Below are positions 39,211-52,430 of a stretch of DNA of 64,000 bases, one piece after another. The stretch is taken from contig OZ024740.1 in assembly GCA_964016885.1 (NCBI GenBank), forward strand, positions 72,106,001 through 72,170,000. Direction: 5' to 3'. The translations under genes were made by a program, and so were the position numbers. Within the stretch, counting starts at the first letter, position 1. Each line of letters begins with the position of its first letter. This DNA comes from Eledone cirrhosa (taxonomy: Eukaryota). The notes under the pieces are model-generated. The model made no database searches. It was not told where the DNA came from and worked only from the letters and a program-made list of their open reading frames with translations.

Positions 39211-40643
39211 TTGGGGAACCTTGCTCCTACATATTTTAATTAAAAATGATTAACCCTTTCATTACTATATTTTTATTTATTTAGAATTCTTGTTACACAA
39301 ATGTAAGACAGGAGTAGGATGGGTTTGGGGGTGGGGGTTAAATGTTCTGCCAAAAGTATTGTTTGTCTCCCTCTCTCTCTCTCTCTGCAACTGTTGTACT
39401 ATAGTTTCTATATTACTCTGCAGCAGCTACTGTCAGTGAGCGTGACTTTGTTACAGTTAGGTGAAGAAGCTAAATATTATTCTGCCCATAAAACAATGGA
39501 TTATGTACTAGTATAGAAATATTAGGATCTGTTGATATCTATGGTCTGTAAATTCCTCTCTAGGAGGACAAACTGAAACACTCTGGAACTCTCAATTCAT
39601 GTTTTTGTTGTTTTTTAAATTACATTTCTTGCTGCTTTAACATCCACTCAACGACTTCCTATAATTTGAAATCTATTTAAGTATAACTTATTCCACTATA
39701 GTACATCAATACATACATATATATATATATATAGGCACACATATGTGCGCTCACACATACAGACATTGTGTATGTTTGTGTGTATATGTATATACATCAC
39801 CTATTTATTATAAAGGGAAGAATATTTCAGTTTTAATGAGATATTCTAAGTGTTTGTATCGTGTTCTATTGTATGAACCACTCAACAAGGAATATTTACA
39901 TAAGTAGTCTGTCTTGTCTGAGTTTGCAGCTGTGAACTTAAAACATTTGGACTCCACTCAAAAGTCTTAAAAGATTTAAATTAACAATGTCTCTAACATT
40001 TGGATTGGTTTCTGTTACAGTGTCATTAGAGAATTGGATTAAAAGACTTGTTGCATTTGTTTTTCCTTTCTTTATTCTGAATTCAAGTCCTCGGGGGCGG
40101 ATTGGTAGATCATCAGTTGTGATGCCTTGTGGCATCTTTCACCCACTTTGCTTCCTAGTTTGCTTGCAACATCACTGGTACCAAACTGCATCAGCTTTTG
40201 TCTTTCTTTTAGACACTGTCAGTGATGCAGAGAAGGGGAAATTGACATGCATGGATGACTGCTGCACTTCCACAAAATAGCTGTGTTCAGACCTGCACCT
40301 TGGAAAGAGACTTTCCATGTGTAAACCTATCATCTCACAAGATGTAGAGAGGTTATGCTGTGGCATCTCCCTCTTCTCTCTCTCTCTCTGTCTCTGAGAG
40401 AGAGAGAGAGAGAGAAGAATTGACATTGAAAAAGGGAAAGACAAAGTTAGCCTCAGTGGGACTTTAACTCAGCACAGCATACTAGAATGAATACCACAAA
40501 GTATTCTATCTGATATCCTATCAACTCTACCAATTTGCTGGTTTACTGGAGTGAAATATTCTGCACTCTTTGTGACTTTGGTTTTTGAATGGCCATACCT
40601 AAAAATAGGGGACATTAAACCTTGATTTATGAATTATTATACT

Positions 40644-41035
40644 ACTTCTTTGCCCACTTATTCCTGAGAGGGTCGTGGTGGCAGAGCCCTCAAACACACC
40701 TTCCAACAGGCCCTGTCAGAAGCAAGTCTCCAACTGATTCAGCTGGATCCCCAAGCAAGACCAACCAAGCTCATGGATATTATCCAAACATCTTGCTCAG
40801 GGGTCTACTCAGGTCTCCTGCTGGTTGGTTTTTCTGGTAAAATCTGTCCAGTGATTCTTTCCTGAGACATTCTAACCATATGCCCCTGGTAGCGGAGCTG
40901 TAATCTCTCAATTCAGAGAAGTAGCGGCTCTACCTGGAGTGACTCTCTGATCATCAAGCTATACACTCTATTAAGTAATGTTACTCTAGAGACCCTTCAG
41001 AGGAACCCCACTTTGGCCACTTGTGTTTGTGATCG
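40644..41035 (-). mobile_element. RTE (Rex3/Expander-like) LINE 3' end
   Basis: Same family as 22096-22342 (RPRSRPRARWLDNIHELGWSRLGI). Other copies at about 8375-8625(-), 18080-18160(+), 30445-30905(-), 51330-51550(-) and 59195-59585(+). Confidence 0.85.
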
Positions 41036-42085
41036 TTGGCATAAGAGTTGGCATGAATACCATATTGAAGATAGCAAATTTGGCTTTTACACCTACCTCC
41101 CTTCTTCTGGTTACTGAATGCTGAAGCTGGTGCATTACTGCTCAAGTTGCTGCAATTCTTGGACTTAATTCAACCTCCTGTCTTCCACCACTCATGAACA
41201 TGGACAAAGCTTGACTTAGAAATAAATCTTCCTTGTATTTGGAGTACAAGCAGGCACAAAGAATCACAGCAAAGACAGTAAAGGCATCCAAAGTTAAGAC
41301 ATGGCAGAGACTTTAGGCTTAAGCTGAAATCCGACTTCAGATCAGCAAATAAAGTGTTCTGGCAGACCATTTGCTGACTTCATAAGTGCTCCTCCACACC
41401 TGCTATCAGGAATGTGTCTGGCATCCTCACAAGGTGGAGAGAATACTTTGCTAATCTCCTAAACCAGGTCACAACAGTATCTTTTGACGTACACAAGATG
41501 CACCTGGGAGCAGTGACTGATTTCTCATAGACTGTGGTCACAAGAGCAGCTAAAGAGCTCAAATGTGGCAAGGCCACTGGAGAAGATGAAATATGGCCGA
41601 GATGTTAAAAGCCTTAAATAGAGAAGGTATTCTCTGACTGACTCATGTGTGCCGGCTGACCTGGATCTCTGGAAAGGCACGTATGCAATGGCAATCAAGA
41701 GTGATAATCCCAATTTTTAAATAGAGATTGTTCCAATTGCAGAGGGATCTCCTTGTTAAGCCTCCCTGGTAAAGTCTATGCTAAGTGTCTGGCAAAGAGA
41801 TGCAGGGAGATTGTCAAGTCCAAGCTAGCTGACGGACAGTGAATATTTGGTTGGCTGTGCTGTGTCTGGGGTGAAAACTGCACTCTGTGACAGGTCTTCA
41901 AGAAATTGTTGGAATGTTGCCAAGAGGTATATTCGTGTTTTGTAAACCCTAAAAAGGCATATGACCGTATTTCTTGGGACTTCCTGTGGAAGGTTCTGCT
42001 GGAGTATGAGATGGTCAGCTTCTTGCTGCCCTGATCTCTCTATACAAATGTCTAAGTATTTGTTCTGATAAATAGTGCTAAATCA
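41036..42085 (+). mobile_element. RTE LINE RT N-terminal fragment, inverted relative to the adjacent 3' end
   Basis: CSNCRGISLLSLPGKVYAKCL...CFVNPKKAYDRI...LWKVLLEY (RT domains 2-3), decayed. Confidence 0.85.
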
Positions 42086-42558
42086 AATTATAATACTTTA
42101 TCATAATTATAAAAATATAAAGTACTTTATAAGTATAATACTAAAAGGACTTCATAAAATCTGAATGATTTAAATAATTCATCTACTTGATTGTTTTTTT
42201 TTTTTTTTTTTTTTATAATTTGACCTTCACACAATTTAATATTTGATTTTCTCATTAGATGTATCTGCCCAAGAGATAAGACAGAATCATTTTCTACTTT
42301 TGGCACAAGGCCAGCAATTACCCCAGTGCATTACTGGTACTTTATGTTATCGACCCCATAAGGATAAAAGACAGTTAACTTCGGCAGGAATAACACATGT
42401 AGATTGTTAGAAAAAATATCAGTTTGTTTCATTTCCCAATATTCAGTTAAGTAAAACACACTGCCTATCACTTTCAAATTGTTTTGAAAATAATGAATTT
42501 GGAGGGATTAGTAATACAATTAAATTTCTCATCATTAAGCTGGGGTTTGTAATATACC

Positions 42559-42765
42559 TTAACTCTTATGCTTCACATGAAACAATATTAGCAAGGCATT
42601 CTTGAAAAGTAAAAAAATAGCACTGACTGCATCATATTAAAATTTAGTCTTTAATTTAGTTTAACAAATTTTCACAACAATCTGTCCTAGTAAAGATATT
42701 AACATTTGAGTTAACAAACATTTTAGATATTTTCTGCTAAATCATTGCAGGGTTTTAAGAGTTAA
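42559..42765. mobile_element. Third TTAA-flanked MITE family (TTAACTCTTA...TAAGAGTTAA)
   Basis: Inverted termini with TTAA. Homologous copies at about 35752-35951, 57817-58030 and 58500-58685(-). Confidence 0.7.
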
Positions 42766-43085
42766 CAAAGGCTTTTACATGATGTAAGGCTTTTAGATGA
42801 ATATAAACACTTTAAAATAAAAAGGTTTGTATGATAGAACGAAGGGAGAGGGAGTATGTTTTAGACAGTTTGGTATCATAAGGTTTAACATGTCATAAAC
42901 TTTGGTGGTGAAATGAATATAGATTGGAGCATAGACATAGCTAAATTTAAGATTATCTATGATCTCAGGATATGTTACTAATGTTGAAGTTAGTCATAGT
43001 CCTGTTTAACAAATGAAAGCTAAGAAATTTTTAATAGTCAGCTTAGGTGCAGGCATGAATGTGTGGTTAACTTTTCACTGCACAA

Positions 43086-43108
43086 CTCTCTCTTTCTTTA
43101 TCCCTTCA

Positions 43109-43179
<71 letters not shown>

Positions 43180-43355
43180 CTCTATCTCTCTCTACTACCC
43201 TCTCTCTCTCTCTACTACCTCTCTCTCTCTCTACTCTCTCTCTACTTTCTCCTTTCTCTCTCTCTCTCTCTACTTTCTCTCTGTCTCTCTTTCTACTCTC
43301 TCACCTCCCCCTTTCTCTTCCCAACCCCTATCTCTCTTTACCTTCTCTCTCTCTC
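43086..43355. repeat. (CT)n microsatellite with CTAC interruptions
   Basis: Seen directly. Confidence 0.95.
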
Positions 43356-44890
43356 ACAACCAGTCTTGTTTATAGAGCCATTTTTATGTCTTGTAACTTA
43401 ACAGTTTGACAAATAGAGATTGATAAAATAAATACCAGATTGAAATATGTCTTGGGATCAATATGATCAATTAAAACACTAGAAACATGGTACCTCAGCA
43501 TGACTGCTGTTCATCACCTTCATTTAACGTCCATCTTTCACGCTAGCATGGGTTCATGACTCAAATCAATAAAAGGATATTCCTGTAACCCTACTTATAC
43601 CAAACAGTCTGAAATTGCTTCTAATTCTACGATAAAAATGTATATTTATCTAAAAACCTTCCATCATAATATTATGTGAGAACTTTTGTTGGGTCATGTT
43701 CAAAATAGTAGCTTAATAATTGTTTCTACTTTTGGCACAAGGCCAGCAATTAATCCAGTTCATTACTGGTACTTTATTTTATCGACCCCGTAAGGATGAA
43801 AGGCAAAGTTAACCTCGGCAGGATTTGAATCCAGACCATAGAACAAGTTATATTAGTAAATCCCTTCAAATTTTTGGTGTTAGGAAGGGCATTCAGCTGT
43901 ACAAACCGTGCCAAAAATGGAATGCATGAGTAAGGCAGTATGGAAACTGGGAATAAAATGATGATGATGATGTTTATAAATACTTTAAAACAAATAGTTT
44001 TGTATCATAAAACCAAGGTCAGTTTCAGGTGGCTTGCTATCAAAAGGGGTGGGAAAAGGAAATTTCAATAATGTTTGAAAGATTAGTAATTTTACAAGGA
44101 TATTTATACAATTTTATCTTCAGCAGCTGGGGTGAGATAAAATGAAATTTATAGCTCACATGTAGGCTTAGCTGACCTCCTATGAGGTTGCATCTCATAG
44201 GAGGTTTCTTGGATGTTTTAGTCCTATCATATAAAGCACAGTGATATGAAACATATTAAGAACACATGCTGTCCAGTCCAAGAATAGAACCCATGATCTT
44301 ATGATTGTGAATTCAACACTCTAACCATGTAATTTCACTCAGTTGGTATGAAGACAAGATAAACAGGATGTTGTATATGTCAATCATTCAATTGATGAAT
44401 CATTTACTGTTATCATTATGGAGCAATCCCCAGGAGGGTCTTCTAAGCCATTGTATGACTGAAACTTGACACTGCCTCCTAATGAAACTTAGAAAATTCA
44501 GGATCCTCTGCATTTTAGTGGTGAGCTGCACCTATTTGATACATTTGTGTAGTTGAGTGACTTATTAGAAATAGCAGCCAAATATCCCTCAAATCACACC
44601 CTGCCATCATAAAAAAGTAAAGTCACATTGGTCAATGTAGTTATAGATATATGAAAGATTTATAAAATGACAGGATGGCAACAGTTGAAATGCCTTTGAG
44701 CAATAGGTCTACTTGATCAAGACTGGCCTGTATCTAAACAACATGCTTAATGTTAACTCTTTCTTTACCATATTTCTAATGAGACACTGCCTATTATTTC
44801 CAAATAATTTTGAAAATAATCAAGAATTTGAAAGGATAAGTAATATAACTAGCTTCCTCATTAATATGTTAAAGGTTCTTACATAAAATT

Positions 44891-45780
44891 ATTACTTACA
44901 TAGACTTACAAGCTCTTGCGTCTCGAGACACATAAGTCAACCGAAGTGCTCCAAAGACCAGTCAGTTGCATCTATCAACACACCATTCCAACTTTCGTTG
45001 ATGGGTTTCAGTTCTCTGTCAATTGTCTGCCGATAGTTCATCTTGGGATGTCCTCTTCGCCTGTTTCCTGTTTCCAATTCAGGACCTGATTAGCATGTCT
45101 CTTACTTGGTAGTCATCTAATGTATCCCAACCAGCCAAGTTAACACCTACATGTGATGTTAGACACATTTTGTTGGTGGGTTTGTTGAGACTTCTTTGTT
45201 GGTGATGAAGTCATCCCAGCTGATACCAAGAATTTTTCGTAAGCATTTGGTATCAAAGGCACCTAATTGGTTCTCTTGGCTGGTCTCCACGTTTCACACC
45301 CATGCAGGAACGTTGAAAGCACATTGCTGCTGTAAAATCTCATCTTGGTATCAAGTGAAAGCCCTTTGCTTTTCCAGATCTTGTTGAGCTGCTTAAAGCT
45401 TTGCCGATTCTGCAATTAATTTCTTTCACCATGTCTCCACTTCTGTTGATAGAGCTTCCAAGATAGGTGAAGTCATCCACAACCTCCACATCCTCCTGGT
45501 TGATGGAGACATTTGTTGATGATGGATGAATACCAACTAATATGTTCTTGGTCTTTTTGACACTGATGTGAAGACCAATGCTGGCTGCAGATAACACTGT
45601 CTCATCTATCAGATACTGCAAGTGGGATGTATTATTGGCCATGGTTGCAATATTGTCTGCAAAATCAAGGTCTGAGAGCTTCTGTTCCTCTCGCCAATCA
45701 ATCCTCTTACCTTCTGTTGCCCTTTTGAGAATCCAGTTGATGGCCTTGGTGGACTCAAAAACCACTCACTATAGCCATCT
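44891..45780 (-). mobile_element. Decayed RTE-clade LINE (RT C-terminal half plus tail)
   Basis: ORF 45340-45765: LSDLDFADNIA...IGLHISVKKTK...VDDFTYLGS...EINCRIGKA. Downstream GKQARGHPK-like remnant and a TAAG-type tail at about 44891. Confidence 0.9.
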
Positions 45781-46666
45781 TCAGTTTTTATGCAACATTT
45801 GACCCAGTATATAAATCCTTGATGGCTGAGACAACCTTGGATGATATGCCATAAGCTCACGTGATGTTCAATAAGGTTTTCCAAATGCTTTAGTAAAGAC
45901 AATGGATGTAATAGCACGTGGTACTTGGAATTCATTGTATTTTTCAATGATGTGCCATAGAGTAAATAAATATAAGCACCCAAATATCTTTGTCATAAAA
46001 CCAGGAAGAGTTTCAGACAGTTTGATATCAAAAGGGAAAGAGGATAGCTCTGGTGAGAAGTATGTGTCTGTGATTTGGGATACATGGTAATGGGATATGT
46101 TCCCTTTGTACTTTAGATTTATTTTGATATACTATCAACTTGACAAGTTGGGTACTCATTCCTTTGACCTTAATCTAGACCCTGTCCTTTAGCTTTAATC
46201 TGACATACCACCAATGTGACCATTGACATCCATTAATTTGACTAGTTACAGATGTAGCATGATGTTATTGTAAATTTCGCCAAGCAACTAGATTTGAAAA
46301 GGCAATATGAAGAAAACGGGTGCAGTTGAAAACTGATATTGTAGATGCTATCAAACCAATAGAAGTGGTGAAATTTAACCATTTTGATACCAAGCTGCCA
46401 GTAAACAACCCTGGTTCCATGACACAAACCCTGCTATCATAATTTTAAATAAGATCCTTTGTTCTGTTCCAAACACCACCTTGATAATGGGAAAGTTTGT
46501 TAGGTTACTAAGTCCCTCCAAAATGTTTAATATTTCAAAATTAGTTGAACATAAGCAGTGTTTGTCATTAGAAATACAACAAATATGTTAAATATTGAAA
46601 TCACGTTAACACAAATGTGTTAACGTGATTTATATTTGAATTATTATATTTGAATTATTTATTATT

Positions 46667-47025
46667 GGATTGGCAGTATCAGTAGAGGGTCGGACGCCAT
46701 GCTTTGCAGCATAGTTATGGGCCTTTACAGTTTGAGTTCAAATCTCACCGTGGTTAACTTTGCCTTTCATCCTTACGGAGTTGATAAAATAAAGCACCCG
46801 TAATGCACTTGGATAATTGCTGGCCTTGTGCCAAAAGTAGAAACAATCACTATTAGGATCGGACGCCATGCTTTGCAGCAAAGAGTTACGGCCCTTTATG
46901 GTCTGAGTTCAAATCCCACTGAGGTTAACTTTGCCTTTCATCCTTATGGGGTCGATAAAATAAAGTACCAGTAATACACTGATATAATTGCTGGCCTTGT
47001 GCCAAAAAAGGAGAAACGATTATTA
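46667..47025 (+). mobile_element. Tandem pair of short SINEs, same family as 5131-5540
   Basis: Two head-to-tail units; the second is 5'-truncated. Confidence 0.85.
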
Positions 47026-48544
47026 TTTCTTCAAGTTAGGCATGGTCACACATTCCACAATATGTCTAGGGGAACAGTGGCTTGAGTAAGGCTCAGACTT
47101 GGTCAGTAAGAACCCATGCAATCCATGTCTATGGAAAACCAGTCATAAAATCATGGCGGTTGTGAAGATTACTGTTATTATTGATGTGTGTCAATTACTA
47201 CTGCTGGAGAACCATTGATAACCCTGTATATCACAGATGTATAGTTGAGAAAGAACCATTTCTCACCTCATGCTGATAAGTAAACACTGTGTTGTAAGTA
47301 ACAGAAGCATTAAGTACTTACTGTACAGTAAAATGGTGTTAACCTAGAACTTGATAAGAGAGATAAGTCATACTCTGTGGGTTATGTAGTGAGGAAGGTG
47401 GTGGTGGTGGCAGCTGGTAATGACTGAGGGGGGTTTTGGAAGTGCAGAATGGGTGGTGGATTTGTGAGTGTGCAATAAATTAATACGATTAACTCTTTTG
47501 ATACTAAAATTCCTGAAACTGCCCTGTTACTAAGCTGTTTATTTTAACCCTTTCATTAGCATATTTCAAATGTAAGACATTGTCTATGATTTTCAGTTAT
47601 TTTTTTAAATAATCAAACATTTGAGGGATTTAATAATATAGCTAACTTTCTCATTATTAAGTTGTTTAGAACAATGAAATAATTTAAACATGAACACTTT
47701 AAACAAATGGATTTTCTTCACAGAAGCGAGGGTGGTTTTAGGCAGGTTGGTATCAAAAGGGTGTTTATATTTATCTAAAAAAAAATTCCATCATAATTTT
47801 ATGCAAGAGTCTTTGTCAAGTTACGTTCCAAACATCAGATAAATAATGTGAAAGCTATTTTATGAAACCCTTCTGTAGGCTTGATTGTTTTCAAAATTAT
47901 AGGCAGTGTCTTTTATTATTATTTAGGCTAACCCTTTTGATACCAACACTGCCTAAACTAGTTCCTGTCCTATAAAACAAAAGAACCCATTTTAAAGGGT
48001 TTCTATTGAAATTAAAATCTTCCAACATAATTTAATATAAGAACCATTTGTTAAGTTACTATGTTAATAATGAAATAACTAATAATTTTAGTATATCCTT
48101 CAACATGTATCATTAAATAAAATGGTTTATTTCATCAGAAATATGGCCACAAAAATTTAGACAAAATTTGTAAGTTGATACTGGTTGAAATTAATGTAAT
48201 GCTGGAAATTGATATACAAAACCTTTATATTAAAATAGACTGCAATATGTAACACACACACACACACACGCGCGTGTCAGTTGTGTCAAAGACATGACAA
48301 CTTCTGTGCACTAGGTAGAATGTGAGACTGTATGTAAGTGAGATGTAGATCCCAATCGGGGAGATCAGTAGCCCTGCTTCAGTACTGGGACTTGGTCTAT
48401 GCATACCCATTCAACCCTTGCTAGCAAAAAATTATATATATATAAAGAAAGAATAGTTTTCCGTAAAGGGGTGGAAAGAAACCAGTTAGAAAAAGTACTC
48501 AATACATTATTAGAGAACGTATATATTTATTTCATATAGAAATG

Positions 48545-48793
48545 ACTCCTACAGGACTCTTTCATTTGTTTTAAATCATCAGGAATATCACTGGACGTGT
48601 GTGTGTGTGTGTGTGTGCGTGTGTGCATTTGTAGAAATGAATTTTACAAGACTAGAACTGTTTCATTCCTTTTAAATCACCAGGAATCATCACCGTTTAA
48701 CGTCCATTTTCCGATGATGATGATGATTTCTGGTGATTTAAAAGGAATGAAACAGTTCTAGTCTTGTAAAATTCATTTCTACAAATGCACACA
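48545..48793. repeat. Inverted repeat with three degenerate hammerhead-like units
   Basis: Arms about 48620-48692 and 48721-48793, flanked by (GT)n and (CA)n. Plus arm reads GAUUU|CUGGUGA|UUUAAAAGGAAU|GAAAC...GUA|AAAUU. A third, minus-strand copy at 48545-48586 keeps CUGAUGA. Confidence 0.7.
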
Positions 48794-49075
48794 CACATAC
48801 ACACTCTCACTCTCTCTAGATTTGAGAGTCTGAGAGAGGATTTTGATAATCTAGTCAATATCTAATTTTTTTTAATTGAATAAGCTGCTCTATTTCTGGT
48901 TGTATTGTATTATCCTTGTACAAAGTATTTTATATGCTTTATTTCACACAAAGGATTACACTATATAATTCTTTTATTTTTTTGTTGCTGTTCTATTTTT
49001 TCATGATACATATTTTATCAATCTCTTGTTGAATTGCTAATTTACAGGACATAAACAAGCAGTAAGCATACAAAC

Positions 49076-49131
<56 letters not shown>

Positions 49132-50745
49132 GTATGTGACAAGCTTCTATGCAGTTTCTCTCTATCAAATTTCACAATTGATCTCTGAGGTTATCGTAAA
49201 GTTATTTAATCACACACCTATGCCTGCACCTATAAATAATTCTTAAATTTAAAAGCAATTCATCTTCATCATGATCAATGTTTTTTCCATGCTTGCATTG
49301 GTTGGATGGAACTTTTTCTGACTATTTTAAAGCTGGGTGCCTTTCATAACTTTAGCCCTTTTAGTAAATATTTACTATTGTATTTTCATGGTAAAGGATT
49401 TATCTCACATAATATCTCACATAATATCGAATCTGAGATTTGAGAACAATGCCTTAACATCAGCTGATTACGGTCGGTTTGAACAGAAAGAGGTGAGAGA
49501 ATTCTGGCCAAATACAGCCTGTTTAAATGCTAAAGGGTTAAGGTACACAGAACCTGCAGAGATATGGTGCACTTTTTTCTAAAACAAGGGTGTGATATAC
49601 ACAATTCAAGTCAGAATGTGTATAGCTGCTAATTTGTTTTTATCCTATTAATTGTAGGCAGCTATTTTATACTACAGTTTTCTTTATAAATAATGATAAT
49701 GATGATATATAGGGTATTTTCTTTGTTAGAAACTTTGTCTTCTGTGGTGTCACCTTATGTGTTTTCTCTAGTCTATAACATTAACTATGTCATACTTATT
49801 AAATTTCTAAAACCCTGATGACAAGAACTATCAGGCCATCTGAAAGGTAACAAGATTAATGGCGATATAATTTATACATTATAGTGTTGTATCAGATGAA
49901 AGAATGGTATTTAACTAATGTATTGGTATGCGATGGGGCCCACCCACAGCCCCGGTGGACAGAATGGAGAAGGCGTTTCCCCGGAGGATGGCAAAGGAGA
50001 CGCGCTGGAAAAGCCACTCCAACTCGCGGGCCCACACCTGTGGCTGGCCAGCTCAGCGCCTATGGTGGTGAGTAAGGAGGTAGCCCTGGGGCCGAGCACA
50101 CCAGAAGTCTCCACTGCCAGGGGAACGACTGCAAACCTGTCGGCGAGCGATCGGTATTTGAGGAGTTTGGCCCCCTCAGCCCGACAAACCTTTTAAAACA
50201 AAGTTTTTGTTTTTGTATTGTAAAATTAGGAATGATTTCAGGAGGTTTGGTATTAAATTTTGCTGTAAAGGCATGTGGCTTAGTGGTTAAATAATTGGAT
50301 TCACAATCGTGAGGTTGCAAGTTCAATTTCCAGACCGAGTGATGTTATCCCCTTGAGCAGGACACTTTATTACACATTGCTCTTTCTGCCGGGAGTTGTG
50401 ACTGGTAGATAGTATCAGCAATGGAAAAACCAATGAGAACTTTGTTTCCTTGGTCTGATTTAACGAGTTCTACGCATAACCCTCTTACATAGTCTGCACT
50501 TAGCTTTAACTTACTCCCAAAATTAAACTTTTTTTTTATAAGATATGTTCAGTTATATACTGTATAAATAAGAAAATTGAAGATCTTAAAAAATTGCTAC
50601 CCATCCTATAATATACAGCACTCATCCTATCATTTATATATGTACCTTATAATAAGTATATCCACGGCATCTTTATTTTATGTCGACTTCCATGCTGGAG
50701 TGGATTGGACAGGTTGTCATAGCCTTGCTCATCCCCTTCAAATAT

Positions 50746-51306
50746 TAATGTATCTATGGAGATATGATGTTGTAATGTATCTGTGGAGATATGATGTTGT
50801 AATGTATCTATGGAGATATGATGTTGTAATGTATCTATGGAGATATGATGTTGTAATGTATCTGTGGAGATATGATGTTGTAATGTATCTATGGAGATAT
50901 GATGTTGTAATGTATCTATGGAGATATGATGTTGTAATGTATCTATGGAGATATGATGTTGTAATGTATCTATGGAGATATGATGTTGTAATGTATCTAT
51001 GGAGATATGATGTTGTAATGTATCTATGGAGATATGATGTTGTAATGTATCTATGGAGATATGATGTTGTAATGTATCTATGGAGATATGATGTTGTAAT
51101 GTATCTATGGAGATATGATGTTGTAATGTATCTATGGAGATATGATGTTGTAATGTATCTATGGAGATATGATGTTGTAATGTATCTATGGAGATGTGAT
51201 GTTGTAATGTATCTATGGAGATGTGATGTTGTAATGTATCTATGGAGATGTGATGTTGTAATGTATCTATGGAGATATGATGTCGTAATGTATCTATGGA
51301 GATATG
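50746..51306. repeat. 27-bp minisatellite, about 21 copies
   Basis: Unit TAATGTATCTATGGAGATATGATGTTG, nearly homogeneous. Confidence 0.97.
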
Positions 51307-51844
51307 TCATAATTAGATGTAAAACTAGCCTTCTTTACCCACTTGTTCCTGAGAGGGTCATGGATGCAGGGTCCTCAAATAATCCTTCAAGTGGGGCTTG
51401 TTAGAAGCATCAATCTCCAGCTGGATCCCCAAGTGAAACCAGCCAAGCTCATGGATGTTATCCGACCATCTTGCTTGGGGTCTACCCCTGGGTCTCCTGC
51501 CAGTAGGCTTTGCCTATAAAATCTGTCCACTGATTCTTTCCTGAGACAAGCCTAAAGTTCCTATTTTAGATTGATTTTCCTAATGTTGACCTAACGATTC
51601 AGTTGAACAAGTTTTTCTGTTGTCCAGTTTAAAAGTGATGAGTAAAGCTGATAGAACAGGATATAACTTGCACTGATTAAATTGTTGATAATATTATTTA
51701 ACTGTGGAATATCTTTCTGGTTGATTTGTTTACATAGTCCAGCTTCACTAATTATATTCTATATCAGAAGTTAAAGAGCTATAACTCTATGCCACAAAGC
51801 ATAGTGTCCAATGCTCTTCCAATACTGCTAATCCACAGCCGTCA

Positions 51845-52040
51845 TAATAATAATAATTGTTTCTACTTTTTGGCACAAGGCCAGCAATTATCCCAGTGCA
51901 TTATTGGTGCTTTATTTTATCGACCCCGTAAGGATAAAAGGCAAAGTTAACCTCAGCAGAATTTGAACTCAGAACGCAAAGGGCCATAACTCTATGCTGC
52001 ATAGCATGGCGTCCGACCCTCTACCGATACTGCCAATCCA
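51845..52040 (-). mobile_element. Short SINE, same family as 5131-5540
   Basis: Reverse complement of the family consensus, ending CTCTACCGATACTGCCAATCC. Confidence 0.85.
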
Positions 52041-52075
52041 CATCATAATAATAATAATAATAATAATAATAATAG

Positions 52076-52430
52076 GCAAGAAAAAAACCATATTTGATTG
52101 ACATACTGGAGATAGGTGGAAGAAAAAAGGATGAAAAATATAAGACCTTGAAACGTGAAATAAAGTGAATTAGGGAATTAAATTGGGTGGAAGTATTGTA
52201 GTTGTTGGAGCTCTTGGTATTGTGACAAAGATGTAAAATTATATTCCAAAGATTGGTGTTGAAATGTGTACTGAATTGCTGCAAAGACTGCACTCTTGAA
52301 AACGGCTAGAATTTTAAGAATGGGACTACAAATGTAATGATTGATGAGGAACTGCAGGACCTTTTGTTATTTGTTATGACCATGGGTCTTGCAGGTTCAT
52401 TTTGACAAAAGGTCAGTCTGAGTATAAAGA
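52076..52430 (+). mobile_element. R4/Dong-like non-LTR retrotransposon 3' fragment (restriction-like endonuclease region)
   Basis: Remnants EKYKTLKREIK, VVGALGIVTK and ELLQ/KTALLKTARILRM. Directly preceded by (TAA)n at 52046-52074. Confidence 0.6.

Noticed and set aside
45340-45765. Intact reverse transcriptase gene
   Set aside because: The catalytic motif is mutated (FADN), and the fragment is 5'-truncated and frameshifted downstream.
49815-49860. CTGATGA...GAAA hammerhead-like spacing
   Set aside because: No stem I or stem III pairing can be drawn.
50577-51404. 275-aa repeat ORF, and a CRISPR-like appearance
   Set aside because: Contiguous 27-bp tandem units with no unique spacers and no cas genes; a eukaryotic minisatellite.
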